From contig CM052816.1 in assembly GCA_028534125.1 (NCBI GenBank), positions 34,908,001 to 34,972,000 of the forward strand: a DNA stretch of 64,000 nt, written 5' to 3'. This document shows, piece by piece, positions 1 through 13,343 of the stretch (within the stretch, counting starts at the first letter, position 1; every line of letters begins with the position of its first letter). The stretch comes from Lama glama. Taxonomy: Eukaryota. A program made the position numbers and the translations under genes. A model generated the notes under the pieces. It was not told the DNA's origin and ran no database searches. It saw only the letters and a list, made by a program, of their open reading frames with translations.

Positions 1-54
1 GGTGGGCAGATGGAAATGTTAAATGGGGAACTAAAATGGAATCTTGTTACGAGT

Positions 55-170
55 TCTGCCCTTTCACTGACCGCTGGTGTGATCTTAGACCTCTTTAAGC
101 CCCCGTTTCTCCATATGTAAAATGGAAATGATACTAATTTCTATCCACTGTGACTGTTATCAGGCCTAGA
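55..170 (+). mobile_element. MIR SINE fragment
   Basis: Core-like sequence 'gtgtgatcttagac...ccccgtttctccatatgtaaaatggaaatgata'. Confidence 0.6.
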
Positions 171-2770
171 AGCCTGCTTACTGTCCCCACATCTGGTCTC
201 TCTTTCTTCCCCTCAGTAATACAACTCACCACGTGTTAATTGGGCACATGTTCTCCAAACTAGCCAGTTCGTCTGCCAGCTTCTCCTGCAGCTCTGGCAA
301 AGGTGAAGTGTGCAACTTCCCCATCGTGTCTTCCCGAGGAAGCTGCGGCCACCCCCTCCCTCTTCCCCTTTCTTCTGGCTAGTTCATGGCAACCCCCGGG
401 AGAGCCAGCCTGGACCCACAGAGGGAAGCTACACCTTCCAGCTGGTGGAGACACTGACTTCTATACTAACATGGGGGGAAAATCAGTTTATCTTATTGAA
501 GCCACTGTACTGGGGGGCCTTGTAATCACAGCAATAGACATACATGCAGCAGCAGTGGATTCCAGAGCTCAACAGGCTTGGAGTCAGAAGGTGTGTGTTG
601 CCGTCCTGCTCTGCTGTGTGCATGTCCATGGGCATCCCCAAACTTTACTTTTCTAAGCTTGGACTCTTTGTTCTGGGAGAGCAGATCCCACCATTCCCTG
701 TGGTAAACTTCCACTGTTTCACAACCACACCAAGTTGCTCTGAGCCTGCTATAACTTGGGCAAACAAGTTATGACAAAGCTGTCCATTGTCTTGAAGAAC
801 TAACCAAGTTGTTGATAGAAATTACAGAACTTAGCATTCATAAGCCATTGCTGACAGCTAAATGTTTTTCGTAAGAGTAAGATAAAATGTCAATTCATGG
901 AAGAAACTAAAAATACTTTTAAAGTGTGTATTGTACACAAGGTTTTTGTTTTTTGGTTTTCCCTGTTCTGAGTTACCAGGCTATGGGTGTTGAAAACTCT
1001 TCAGAAGATTTGGTCTGTCATGTTTAGGTGATGGGTGGCCAAAGAAATTCTAGGTTTTTAAAAAAATACAAGACATTCACTCCACTGTGTCTTGTTTAAG
1101 TGTGAATTGTAGAATGTTGGATCCAAAAATAATATGAGTGGCACTATCAAGGCCAGTTGGCATCTCCCATGGAGGACAGGTCACCTGTGAAATGGTATCC
1201 ACAAACCATCCCTCTCCTGGCTCTCAGGCTGCCACCTTGATCACTTTTTCTGATTCTCATGAACACAGGGTCTTCTCTATCAAATACAATCTTAAAAATG
1301 GACAAGGTAGTTCAAGGAATTGGAATTTCCACAGGAAAAAGCAGTAAACTATTTTTCATTTGCAACATTGACATATCCAAAGAAGAGAATGTTACTGATA
1401 AAATTAAATGAGGAAGCAAAAGGAGAGGATGAAATGACTTCTAACTGGTTGACCTGGGAAATTGCTTTCCACTGACACTAGCTCAGTAAACATTGATCTC
1501 ACGTCCCCTGATTTCACAACATAGAGCCTCTTGGACACTCCTATGAGCACCTGGATATTCTGTGCAGTGAACAGCCCTCCTGCACTTTGCACACGACCCA
1601 CGCTTCCCTACCACCTTCCCAGCTTCCTGCAGGGTGGTATTCCATGGTCTGTGACTCAGTTTGTTGAGGCCAATGATCTCAACCACGACCTCTCTGCAAG
1701 GTGCACTGCCCACAGGCCACAGACTCTCTTTGGTGCTCATCACTCTAGGGGTACCCTGGTCAGATTTCACTCCCCAGAGGGGAAGGGATCTAGTGTTTGG
1801 TCAGCTGGACCAGGAACATGCAAAATCCGTGCAAAGGGAATAAGAAACACCTGTAAGTTGGCCACTGATCTCTCAGCTTTCAAACAAATGATTTTTCTGA
1901 TTTATTTATTCAACAAAAGTTCTAGGCATTGCGGAAACATCCTTGAGTCAATCAGACAATTTAATTCTCTCATTCTGGAAAGGGCAGTTAGAGAATAAAT
2001 GAATAAATGAAACAACCGCAGAAGTCCAATCATCTTGCTGTGCCCCGGTTTCAAAGAAAAACAGTGAAAATAAAGTTTTTTGGTGAAAATGAAAGCCAGG
2101 CCCTGGGCCACACCACTACTACAACCCCAAACGCGAAATGCAGACACACTTTCCCCCAGAGAGACACTGAAGCCACACCAGAGAAAGCAGTCAAAATTGC
2201 AGGTGCATTTGGGAGTGAAAGTTAATACAGAATTTAGTGCTACAAGAGCCTCTGACCTATAGATAGAAATCAGTCCTCTTGGGCACAAAGGAGCCCACAT
2301 AGTTTTTAGAGATTCCAGGAAGTAATGCGTGTAAGTTCAGTAGCATGTGCTTGACCTTCAGTGACAAGTTGCTTGTCTTTGTGTCTACGCCAAACTGGTT
2401 TTGTCTTGCAGTATTTTCAAGAGGAATTGAGACCAGCTGATCACCTCCTATAAGACAATAAACTTTCATATAACTCTAAGTTAATAGCACCACACAAATT
2501 TTCCTTAAAAATTTCTTCCTGTTTCAATTCATGCCTCTATATATATTATGGGAGATACAAGATTTTAGCAAGTAAGGGTTACTTGGAAAGGAATATGTAC
2601 AAGTTGTCAGTTTACCACCCCTTGGAGAGAACCTGGCTGATCCAAAACCAAGGAAAGCAAAATTTAGACAAGAGAAGGGTAATAAAGGTATTATTATTGT
2701 TACTGTTACCATGTTGTTGTGGATACTTGAGTAGAAGTTTGATTTGGAATGGCATCTTAAGAGTTGTTAC

Positions 2771-2951
2771 AAGTGGTTCCCATGGCTGGTTGCACATCTG
2801 AACCATCTGGAGAGTTTATAACAGGTCATATATTTAGGGCCTCCCCTTGGATATTCTGATTAGTCAGTCTGGTGTAGGGCCAAGAAACCTCCGTTTAAAA
2901 TTCTTCCAAATGATTCTCAAGTACAGTCAGCTCCAAGCACCGCCGATCTAG
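2771..2951. mobile_element. MER5A-like hAT-Charlie MITE
   Basis: 'agtggttccca...tgcacatctgaaccatctggagag...attctgattagtcagtctggtgtagggcc...tgattctcaagtacagtcag' follows the MER5A layout. Confidence 0.7.
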
Positions 2952-2987
2952 GCCAACTTCATCCTCCAGCAGAGAAGGACATGTTTA

Positions 2988-3001
2988 GTTCCCATGGAAA
3001 C
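2988..3001. promoter_or_regulatory. RFX X-box motif (GTTCCCATGGAAAC)
   Basis: Matches the near-palindromic GTTNCCATGGNAAC consensus. Motif only, no functional evidence. Confidence 0.35.
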
Positions 3002-3838
3002 ATCAGTGCCATGGAGTTCCCAAGGCCATTCCTTCCCCTGGTGGACAAATCTGGGTACAAATTACATCCTAATATTGGAAGGTTAAAGTCAGTCCTTTTT
3101 GGACTTCCACACTCTGATCCTAACTTGGTTCCCAGAGACAACACAGGATGATTTTCTCCCTCCTTTTCCCTTCGCCATTTCTTTTGTGGCTTAAAGGGGG
3201 AGAACAGAAGACTTGGCAGCAGCTTCTTCATTCTTCATATAGCAGAGTTTCTGGGCTCTTCTGGACACGGCCCAGAATGGTAAAGAGTGTCTGAAGCATG
3301 GTTCCCTGGAGGCCATGGGTTGGGATTGCAAGAGGAGTTTCTTGGGTAATATTCGTAGTAACACCCACACCTCAGAACAGCCTGTGCTCCTGAATTCCTC
3401 CGTCTCCTCTCCTGGAATGTCAGTATTTCCATCTTCTTCAGGACAAACCTTTGATTAGGTTCATGGCGCCGTGGGAAGGGCTCTCCAAGTCCTACAGCAG
3501 AAAGGTATTCAGCGAATACGTAAAAGGTCGGAGGAGGTGGAAGAGAAGTGGGGAAGTGTCACACTTAACTACCAGATACATTATGTTCATCAGAGGTATT
3601 TATATTAAAAGGAAAATAAAACTATGATTGCATATAAACAGAAAACCCTCAATGTAAGCTAATAAATGCATTAATGCTGTGTGATAAGCCTGAATGCAAC
3701 AACACTGCTATAAAAAACCTCCTATGCATTGTGGAGGGGCTGAGTTGTCAAACTGGCTCTATAAATTTTCACCAACAGACACATCCTGTGCTTCTATCTG
3801 GTAATTGTATTGAAACAATAAAGATTTTTAGCATTGCT

Positions 3839-4395
3839 AATTTTTTTAAAAAATTGAAGTATATTTGATTTACAACATTGTGTTCATTTCTGGTGTACAG
3901 CATAGTGACTCAGTTACACATTTATATACATACACACACACCTATATGTTCTTTTTCATTATAGGCTATTACAAGATATTAAATATAGTTCCCTGTGCTA
4001 TACAGTAGTATTTTGCTGTTTATGTATTTTATATATAGTAGTTATTATCTGCAAATCCCAAACTCCCAATTTATCCCTTCCCCTGCCCTTTCCCCTTTGG
4101 TAACCATGTCTGTTTTCTATGTTTGTGAGTTTGTTTCTATTTTGTAATTACATTCATTTGTGTAAGTTTTTCAGATGCCACATATAAGTGGAATCATATA
4201 ATATTCATTTTTCTTTCTGACTTACTTCACTTAGGATGATAATGTCTAGGTCCACCCATGTTGCTGCAAATAGCATTATTTGATATTTTTTATGGCTGTG
4301 TAGTGTTCCATTGTGTATATACATCACATCTTCTTTATCCAGTCATCTGTTGATGGACATTTGGGATGCTTCCATGCCTTGGCTATTGTAAATAG
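3839..4395 (-). mobile_element. 5'-truncated L1 3' end (cetartiodactyl/camelid-type) with TSD
   Basis: Poly-T, then 'ttgaagtatatttgatttacaacattgtg...ccctgtgctatacagtag...tggctattgtaaatagt'. TSD tagcattgct at 3829-3838 and 4396-4405. Confidence 0.9.
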
Positions 4396-4832
4396 TAGCA
4401 TTGCTTTTTAACTAAGTTTAAATACTCCAAGGATGTACTGTGAAAAGATCAAGATGTGTGTGAGTGGAATTGAGTAGAATTACTGAAACAAATGTGCAGC
4501 TTGATTGAGGGTACAAACTAGACTTTACCTCAAGTACTGGGCTGGTTCCATGATCTTTAGCTAAACATCTTTAAGGGAAAATGCCATCTCAACATCCTGG
4601 TGTGCCTGTGTGTATGTGTGTGAGCATGCACCCATGCACATATACACAATATTTTACTTTTAATTAAAAATGAAGTTCTTAATTAAAATACATGTTTTAA
4701 TTATATATATTGATAGCATGTGTTAGTTAATCAAAATATATAGAAATTTTAAAAATTAAGATACCTTTTAAGGCCTGTTACAGAAGAGAGAACAAAGAAG
4801 TTTGTGGAGGCCAGACAAAGCTGCTGTTCCTT

Positions 4833-5203
4833 TGTTATAGACAGGATGGTTGTATCTCCCCCAAACTCTAATGTTGAAACCTAATCCCCAGTGTGATTGT
4901 ATTTGGAAGTGTGGGGTTTGGGAGGTGCTGAGGTCATGAGGGTGGAGCCCTCATGAATGAGATTAGTGCCCTTATAAAAGTGACCATTATCAAAAAGAGT
5001 TCTCACCCCTTTTCCACTGTGTGAGGACACAGTGAGGAGAGGCTGTCTATGAACCAGAGAACAAGCTCTCACCAGACACCGAATCTGCCAGCGCCCTACT
5101 CTCAGACTTTCCAGCCTCCAGAACTGTGAGAAGACAATCTCTCTTGTGTATAAGTCACCTAGTCTACGGTGCTCTGTTGTAGCAGCCGGAACTGTCTAAG
5201 ACA
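4833..5203 (+). mobile_element. MLT1A-like MaLR solo LTR
   Basis: TG...CA ends; 'atgttgaaacctaatccccagtgtgat...gagggtggagccctcatgaatgagattagtgcccttataaaag...ccagcctccagaactgtgaga...ctaagaca'. Confidence 0.9.
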
Positions 5204-6819
5204 ACCATCACAGTTTTAAGATACAGCTCCACGGCCAGTGCCCTCGGGTAATGTGCAAAGACACGCACGGCTGGTGCTTAGCTTTGGCTACTTGCGGAAC
5301 AGCGTGAGTCTACGGTGGTTGTCCAACATGAGACAATATAATCACAGGATAGCTCAACACAATCTGTTCAGTTTTTCCACAAGCAACAGAAATGGGAGCA
5401 TCTGTCACACTGTCTGTTATTAATGCATGATATGCATCGAGGCGCGTGGGTGCAGAGGAGTGGGGACATGGCAGCGTAAGGCGGGGAACAGATGGCATGC
5501 TCCTTTAAACATGTTTCCCTGTCAACTTTCATAGAACAAATGCTCCTGCTATACTTTAATTTGTGAAGTATATATTTAAAGTGGGAGTGTCTACCACCTA
5601 AAGGGAAAAATTTAATAGCCGTTCAAATATTTCTTAAAAATGATTTATCTCTAGTGCCGTACTTTCTGAGCCAAGTAACCAATTTTATTTGGAAATTGAA
5701 AAATGACAGGGGATTATTTTTAGAGCCATTTTTCTACTCATGCCCTGTAACCTCTGCAGAAGTCAGACCTGGGATGACATAGAGAACAACAAAATTGTCA
5801 TCATCTATATTTATTTCTTGAAGAGGACTATTGAATCCGACATTAGATGATGCCTTTGTGACCAAGAGTCTCAAATGGATGTGATCATTCCATCTTACTA
5901 CTTTTAGAAATACGGTTTACAGCTCCCTTCTGCTTATTTTTCACTCAGTATGTCTATTATGTTTCTTTTTAAAGGTTGTATAAAAACAAACAAACAAAAA
6001 GAACATTTGACTTAATGTAAAACCAGAAAAAGAAATTGGTAAGCGGGCAGGGGCAATTTAAGGCAGAGAATCTATTTGGGGAACATAAATTTGAGATACA
6101 CGACTGCAACTTCTCCTGGGCCTGGATGTCCTTTGCCCGTCTCTCTGGCCTGTGGCCACCTGCCTTAGGGAGGTCCTGAGAAAGGCCCGGACCCTGTGAC
6201 TCATAGCTTGGAGCGGAGAGGGCAGCCTCCTGGACTTCCGTACTTTCCGTTTCTGCTCTCTCACGTCTATCACAGTAGCTCAACCCGAGAATAATTCAGA
6301 TCTGTGCAGCCTCCCACCCAGTGGGCTCCGTTTAGACTTGACTTTTCAGCCTCTGAAGAAAAACTGCCTCTGATCCATTTAAATGCCTGCTTAAGGAACA
6401 CCTAGTGACTTGGCACTGCTGTCAGAATAAAGTTCATCCCTGAGACTAGACTGTCGGGTCTTCCCCATCGTGAACACAACTTTCTCTCTGCCCTTGTCTC
6501 CCTGTGCTGCTCCTGAAGTGTGCCGTGTATCTTACCGAATGGAAAATCTGCCTTAGCTTCCCTTCCCCACCTCTCCGTGTCTCTTCCTATGTGAGCCCCT
6601 CTGCCAGGAGTGGACTCCCACTAAATTCCCACCTGTTCTCCCATCTCAGCTTATCCTCTGCCTCCTCTACAAAAGCTTCCCTGATTCTTCCAAACGGAAA
6701 CAATCTCTCAACTTTCAGACTAAAGGCCTGTGATTAATATCTGTAGTGGCACATCGGTCTTCTCCTTCAAGGAGAAGCATTTTTAGGGCAATTGCTGCAT
6801 CCATGGTCTTCCCGTGTTT

Positions 6820-7030
6820 CTCATGACCCAACACAGGCCTGGCACAGACAAGCTGCTCTAGAAAGGTGGGAGCAGTGCAGGCAGAGGGAATGGAGGGCAG
6901 CGTCCTTAGGTGGACAGTCCCTGGGTGTTTGAGGACCAGCAGGGAAGCCGTGAGGCTGTAGAGCAGCAGTGAGTGGGGAAGAGGTCTGCATGAGGATGGT
7001 GAGAGTATGGCCTTATCAACCATTGGAAAC
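6820..7030 (-). mobile_element. L2 fragment
   Basis: 'gtgtttgaggaccagcagggaagccgtgaggctgtagagc...gagtgggg' resembles L2 antisense sequence. Confidence 0.5.
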
Positions 7031-8199
7031 ACTGGCATTTTTTATTTTTATCAGAGTAAAAACCATTTTTCTTCACTGTAATAGGAAAGAGGGGGTGCTT
7101 TGAGGTACTGCCCTATCTGAAGACATGGCACTGTCTTCCCTCACTGTGACGACTGTCGTGTAGAGCCGTCAGCTCTGCACACACACTGTGCTCCAGCCCA
7201 ACACATAGGTGTTCTCAGGTAACCCTGGAAAGAAGAATGAAAGTTCCTGGAGGTGGAAAGAGGTTTGCAGTGCTACCAAAACATTTATTTAGCATTACTG
7301 TGTGCAAAAAGGGCTTCCTAGCAGAGAGAGCTGTTCAACTAAAGGCACTGCACAGAAAAAGGCACCATCACAAAGTGGTGACCTAAGAAGGTCTCATTCC
7401 CGTAGGAGAGAATGAGAAGGTCACAAGACCAGCATTTGTGGCCTCCTGTGTCCATGTGCCAGAGCTCTGTCTAGGAAATTAAAAAAGCAAACTATAAAGA
7501 AAACAAATTTGTGACTGTCATTCCAGGCACTACAGAAAGCTACTTGGATAGAAGTCATGGCTACAGAATCATGGTGGAAACCAATATATTGGCAAGGGTG
7601 AAGGTGTGATTTGTAAATCAAGAAGTTACAGCTGTTGATAGAAACTCATGAAGCTGACAGCGGGGTGATGTGGAGGAGGGACATGTGACTGAAGAGAAAA
7701 GGAGGGGAAAACATAGATGACAGCTAACCTGCCTAGTTCCATCAGTTAAAAAAAACACAGTGTTTGCTTACAATTTAGCATATTATGCTTGATAAAATAA
7801 CCAGAAATTCAGAGTAAAGGATGATGCCCTTATTTTGGTATGTTGCTTGAAAACTGTCATCCTTACTTGAATGGGTGAATTTTAAGGAGAAAAAAAAAAA
7901 ACTGTGCTGCAAAGCCAGTCTTGGTTCTTCCCTCCTGCAACAAATAGCACAGAGTCTGGGTCAGAATTCCAGCGTCAGTATGGGTCGAACTGAAGGGTGA
8001 CATGAGTCCCGTGACTCTGAATCCTTGTCCTCCCCTGGTTCCCACTCCTCTTAACACCCTCTGCCTCTTACAATCTCGTCTGCATCACAGGGAGCTGCCT
8101 CCCCCACCTGTCACCTTCTGCCCCATCCCAGTGGAATCCCCAGGAGGTCAACAGCACGAAAAATTGACAAGAGATCAAGGGAGGTCTAGACAGAAAGGT

Positions 8200-8500
8200 G
8201 TCCACTGGATTCGATGACAAGGAGGCCACTTGTGACCTGGGCAAGAGCGGTGTTCTCGGAGCTCATGTCAGGTGGCATTTGGGCTGAGGAGTGAACAGGA
8301 GGTAAGGAATTGGAGCCATTAAGTGTAAGAAATCCAAATGTGTAAGAGGAGGTCTTCAAATTTTAAGACAGGAGCCCACGGAGCATGTTTAAATGTTACG
8401 TGTGACTGGAAAGGAGCCAGTTACAAGAAATAGGTTGACGGTGCAGGAGAGGAAGGGAACGATCAACAGCACAGGGCCCGGAACTGGCTGGGATTTTAAT
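8200..8500 (-). mobile_element. L2 fragment
   Basis: 'ggaggccacttgtgacctgggcaagagcggtg...gggctgaggagtgaacaggaggtaaggaattggag'. Confidence 0.55.
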
Positions 8501-10620
8501 GCAAGATGACAAAGGACTGTGGCCTGGCCTTTGACCTGTTGCTGAGATCCAGCAAACAAGAGCAGGGAAAAGTTTCGGGCTGCCCCCTCACATTCAAGAG
8601 GCTTGAGAATCACCATTAAGTAGGATCTTGAGCACGGGAGCCATTGAACAAATCTAAGAGGAATGGCAGGTCATCTGCATCTAAAGTTACTTGATGGAGA
8701 AAAGCCTCCCTGGGCTCTAATACGTGGGTAACATTTTCTTAATGTCCTTGGAGGTCTGGGACTAACATTATGATAAACCACTCTAACCATTTCTGAAAGC
8801 CACTTCCACATTAACATTATCCAATTGATTTTCATTATCCTGGGAACTATTTTTTTCCCTCTAAAGATCTATTGCATCTGCTCTGCCTTTAATTGTTTTA
8901 AAAACAGACGTCCTCTCCAAGCAAGACATTGACAGAGACATAAACGAGCTTGACTCAGACTCAGAGCACCATGTGATTTCAAGAGAGCTCAGCTCTGCCC
9001 AACAAAGACCTGAGCTAAGGGGATAATACTCACCATTGCTGTTTAGTTACGTCAGCGTTAACAGGTTTAATTTTCAAAGAGAATCCCATGGAAAATGCAG
9101 ATGAGAAAGAATCTCTCCGAACTATTTAAATTGGGACTATTAGTCCTGGAATTCATATTCCCATACATTGTTTAAATATTGTGAGCTGTGGATGCTCCTT
9201 ACATCCCAGCTAAAAGTCAGCTTGCATAATAAATGGCTTGCTTACTTTTATGGCAGCGTGGGCAGCTGTGCGGGGACGTGCACACTCAGAGCCCTGCCCC
9301 GCAGCACAGTAGAGAGATGCCCTTGCAGAGGGTGAGTAACCGGTGGCCAGCGCTGCCCGGCACAGTGATGGAATATAGACTCCTCCTAGCAGTTGAGTGA
9401 AGATTCTGTACTAATGTGAGCATTGAACAGCTGCATACACAGGAGCTAAGAATTTTCTGAAAATTAGTAAAGACTCTGGTAATAAAGAAGATGATAAGGG
9501 CCTTCATGGCATGCAGATGAACACGAGTGTAACTGGACAAGTTTAAGAGACTCCCTGACCCGGACCCAACCAGACCAGAAGAGGCACAAGTCCCTGGTCA
9601 CAGGGACCAAATGTTCTCAGCGACTCCTCAGCGACAGTGCTACAGACATTGACGTGAGGCTCTGGGGAACAGTGGGCACAGAGGCTCAGCCTAACACAAC
9701 GGTAGGTTGTATGTGGTTCTCATGGTGCTGTGGCTGCAGCAATCCCATCCCTCCTGTTAAGAACCTGCTTCAGCTGTTGTTCAGAGTAACAGCGATGGCT
9801 GGATGGAGTGCACTCAAGCTTCTTGTTCCCGGCAAGCTTCTGTCACCTGTGTAAAATCTGCCTCATTTCTAAGAGTGCTACGTGTTACACTAGACACTGA
9901 TTTCCATTTTTCAAGAGAAGACTTTCCTCTTAAAGTTCAGTGAAGCATTTATAATGCTTTCCAGAACACCATGTTTTTATACCTACAAATAATGTCAAAG
10001 CGGGGTCATGTTGCTTTGTGGATTCCAACATGATACAGGCCAGTAAAGAATGCAGTTTCATTGCATTAAAAGTGGCCTGGGTTCATAAAGCGGATACTTC
10101 AAAATGGGTTTGATCTCGTACTAGACTGACCCTTATTGCAAGACTCTTTTCTAATGTTCTTAAAGCATTTCTCTGTCTGTTAGATAAAATATCCCTGACT
10201 CTTTAGTTTAGGAAAGTACTTGAGTGAATTCCATGTATGTAAATGGTTCTTTGGTTTGCACTTTGGTGAAGGTCATTGATAATTTGACCAAAGTGTGGTC
10301 CGTCCACAGCCACTCATGTCAGAGAATCAGAAGCTGACTGGCTTGGTGTGAAGCACGGCATGCCAGACCCAGTCAGTTCTCTTAAGTGCAACTGTATTTG
10401 GCTCTGAGGTTTAGAAATAGCCAGGCCTGGAATCTTTTGGGGGCATGTTAGCTGAGAGGCAGTCCAGAGTGCTCTAAGTGGACCATTCAGAAGAGCCCAA
10501 TACAAGGCTGCCCGAATCAGTCCTTCTGCTTCTTTGGCATCAGCCAGGGCTTTCTCTAGAGAGGATTTGGCTTATGTTTTGACATATGAGGAAAGATGTA
10601 CAAAAGAATGCAAAGCAAAT

Positions 10621-11040
10621 TGTCTTGATTTGGGTTCTTCCGGAAGCTGACCCTTAGATGAGGATTTAGGTGCCACTAGGTTATTGATGGCTGACACTAG
10701 AAGCCGTAGAAGCCCAGGTAGGAAGTGGGGAAGGGAGTTGGGAGGAGAAAGCCTGTTGCCACTGTGGGGAACCAGGGCTCAGTCCTGTGTAGGATCTTGG
10801 GGACGGTGTGGAACACACATCAGTCATTTCACCTTGGGAGGAGAGCAGTGAGGAAGCTGGGAAATTGATCCATCAACTCCCTCTTTCATTGGTTGAGGGC
10901 TGCTTCCTGGTGCACAGGCTCTTGCAGCAAAAGGAAAAGAAAGTGCTCAGAGAGTGGCAGGTACTGGCAGTCATGCAGCCTTGGTTTGCAGAGGTGATGC
11001 AATGGGGGGGGGTGGCAAAGACTACGTCTGCATTGTGGAC
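10621..11040 (-). mobile_element. Ancient ERVL solo LTR (LTR33/LTR16-like)
   Basis: Starts 'tgtcttgatttgggttcttccggaagctgacccttagatgaggatttaggtgc', the typical reverse-strand end of LTR33/16. Confidence 0.6.
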
Positions 11041-11084
11041 CATCAGATGAATGGGAACCAGGTCCCTGCATGGAGAGATGACCT

Positions 11085-11427
11085 TGTTTTAGTCTGCTCA
11101 GGCTACTGTAACAAAACCACCATAAACGGGGTGGCTTTTAAACCATGAACATTTATTTCTCGCATTTCTGGAGATGGGGAGTCCAAGATCATGGTGCCAG
11201 CATGGTGAGGTTCTAGCGAAGGCTCTTCCAGATTGCAGAGTGCTGACTTCTCAGTGTATCTTCACGGGGTGAAGGGGCTAGGGAGCTGGATGAGATTTCT
11301 CTTATAAGAGCACTAATCCCCTTCACAAGGGCTCTACCCCTCCATACCAACTCCTAATACCATTACACTGGGCGTTAAGATTTCAACATAGGAATTGTGG
11401 GAGGACACAAGTATTCAAACCATAGCA
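11085..11427 (-). mobile_element. MLT1A0-like MaLR solo LTR
   Basis: 'tgttttagtctgctcaggctactgtaacaaaaccacc...gtccaagatcatggtgccagc...ggacacaagtattcaaaccatagca'. 5-bp TSD gacct/gacca. Confidence 0.9.
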
Positions 11428-11499
11428 GACCAACCCCAAAGAAACTGCCTCAACTGGAAAGAGCTAAGGAAATGGTTCTCCTCCTCCTTGTCCTTTGTT

Positions 11500-11573
11500 C
11501 CTCTCTCTTTCTGACTCTGTCTGTCTGTCTCTCTCTCTCTGTCTTTCCATCACAAACACACACACACACACAC
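11500..11573. repeat. Compound (TC)n/(TCTG)n + (CA)n microsatellite
   Basis: Directly visible. Confidence 0.85.
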
Positions 11574-11659
11574 CCCTGCTGGTGAGCTCTCTCCGTGCCA
11601 CAACACAAAAGAGGGAAAAAGAATCTCTTTGGAGAGAATTTGATTTGACAAAATAAACA

Positions 11660-12060
11660 TAGACAAGCAATTATTGAGTGCTTATTATATACAGTGTACT
11701 GCATGATGGTGAATAAGACAACATCACCTTCCTCCTTCTTTTAAGGAGTTTGCCCTTGAACAGGTGAGACAAAACATAAAAAAAAAAAGACTCTGAAAAC
11801 TTCTCAAGTTGCCCAAGAGGTAAAATATATTCCGAGCCCTCTAACTACTGGAGTTAGCAGAGAATGTTAAGAAATAATTGGTGCTCTGTAAAGATTGCAG
11901 AGGAGTGGGAGAATTAGAGAGTAAACAAGGACCTTTTAGGATGGTTGGGGGATAGCAGGAGGTCAGGGTGAACTTTACAGGAAAATGTGAGTTTAATTTG
12001 TCCTGAAATGACAGTGGATTTAGAAGTGGGGCAGGGGCATCACTGGGGGGCGAGTACTGC
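11660..12060 (-). mobile_element. L2 3' end fragment
   Basis: 'caattattgagtgcttattat...gtgaataagaca...ggagttt' is an L2 3' signature. Confidence 0.55.
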
Positions 12061-12639
12061 AGGGAGATATAAGAAACGTGTTGACTTTTTTTAGAGGATT
12101 AAAACACTGAAAGAGAAACACAATGAAACCAATAAAATAGTGGAATCTCGGCCTCCAGAGAACTTTCAATGTTATTCTAACACCCTTTGGTCTCGTTGAT
12201 GTGTGTGATGTTCAGAACACAAGTGCCAGCTGCCTGGGACAGGCAGCCCAGATACACATTCACAAATAAAGTTAAAACTCCAAGGAAAGCTCACTAGCTC
12301 ACACCTGGTAGAAGGGTAAGGACCATCTAAAAGCTCCCCAGGCCACTGTGGCTGGTTAGCACCAAGATCCAGTGGCCAGAGCATCGCCATCAGGCACACC
12401 TGGCCACAGGTACCAGAGACCCTGCTCCAAGGACTGAGGATCGAAGGGGAAGCTCAGCCCCAGGACTAGGGTCCCAAAGGCCAGAGAGTGTCAGAAGCCT
12501 CATGAACAATGTGCCGAGCTGTGAGGCTGACTACTTCAGGAGCCAAGGGTCTCACACTCTGCCTCCTGCCTCCCCCATCCTGCAGCCCATGTCAGGGGCT
12601 GAGCCCCAGAATTATTCAAAAGAAAACCGTGACACGTCA

Positions 12640-13343
12640 AGAACAAAATTAATAACTGACTATAAAACGGACAAAAGATTTAAACAGACACTCCACAAAA
12701 GAAGATGTATGGATGGCAAGTAAGCACATGAAAAGATGCTCAACATCATTAACAAGAAGGAAATCCAAATAATGATGAGACATGGCTGTACACCCACTAA
12801 TATTTCTAGAAATTTTTAAGTGGGCCATACCATGTTCTGGCAAGGATGTGAAGTAACCAGAACTCTTATAGTGCTGTTAGGAATGCAGAATGGTAGAGCC
12901 ACTTCGGAAGCCAATTAGCAAGTATTTATAAACTTAACATACACTTACCATATGTAATGCAGCATCTCTACTCCTAAGATACTGCCCAAGAGAAAGAACT
13001 AAAGATACATGTCCACAAAAAGACCTGCATGACAGCTTTAGTCATAACTTCCCCGCACTGGAAAGAACCAAAATGTTTGTCAACTGTGAATGAATAAACA
13101 AATTGAGGAACATCCATTCAATGAAGCACCACTCAGCTAGAAGAAGGAATGAAATACTGATATGTACAACAGCATGGATGAATCTTACAAGCATTCTGTT
13201 AAGTGAAAGAAGTCGGATACAAAATGTTTTGAAAAAGGCAGAATTATAGGAACAGAAGACAGATTAGAACTTGCCAGGCGCCGGGAGTGGGAGTGGGGTG
13301 AACTTTACTGTGTGCAAATTGTACCTTAATAAATTGACCTTAA
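12640..13343 (+). mobile_element. Old L1M (L1MB/MC-like) ORF2 C-terminus and 3'UTR, internally deleted
   Basis: 'aaagatttaaacagacactccacaaaagaagatgtatggatggcaagtaagcacatgaaaagatgctcaacatcatt...catggatgaatctt...aaattgtaccttaataaa'. Confidence 0.85.

Noticed and set aside
1531..1998. 155-aa ORF
   Set aside because: No domain-like content and no supporting gene structure; consistent with a random ORF.
2959..3470. Minus-strand Kozak-like 'cggcgccATGa' and several stop-poor frames suggesting a processed pseudogene
   Set aside because: The ATG frame stops after 8 codons, no frame resembles a protein I recognise, and there is no poly(A) tail or TSD.
9264..9310. Short imperfect inverted repeat gctgtgcgggg...ccccgcagcacag
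   Set aside because: Stem too short and bulged to support a miRNA or structured RNA call.
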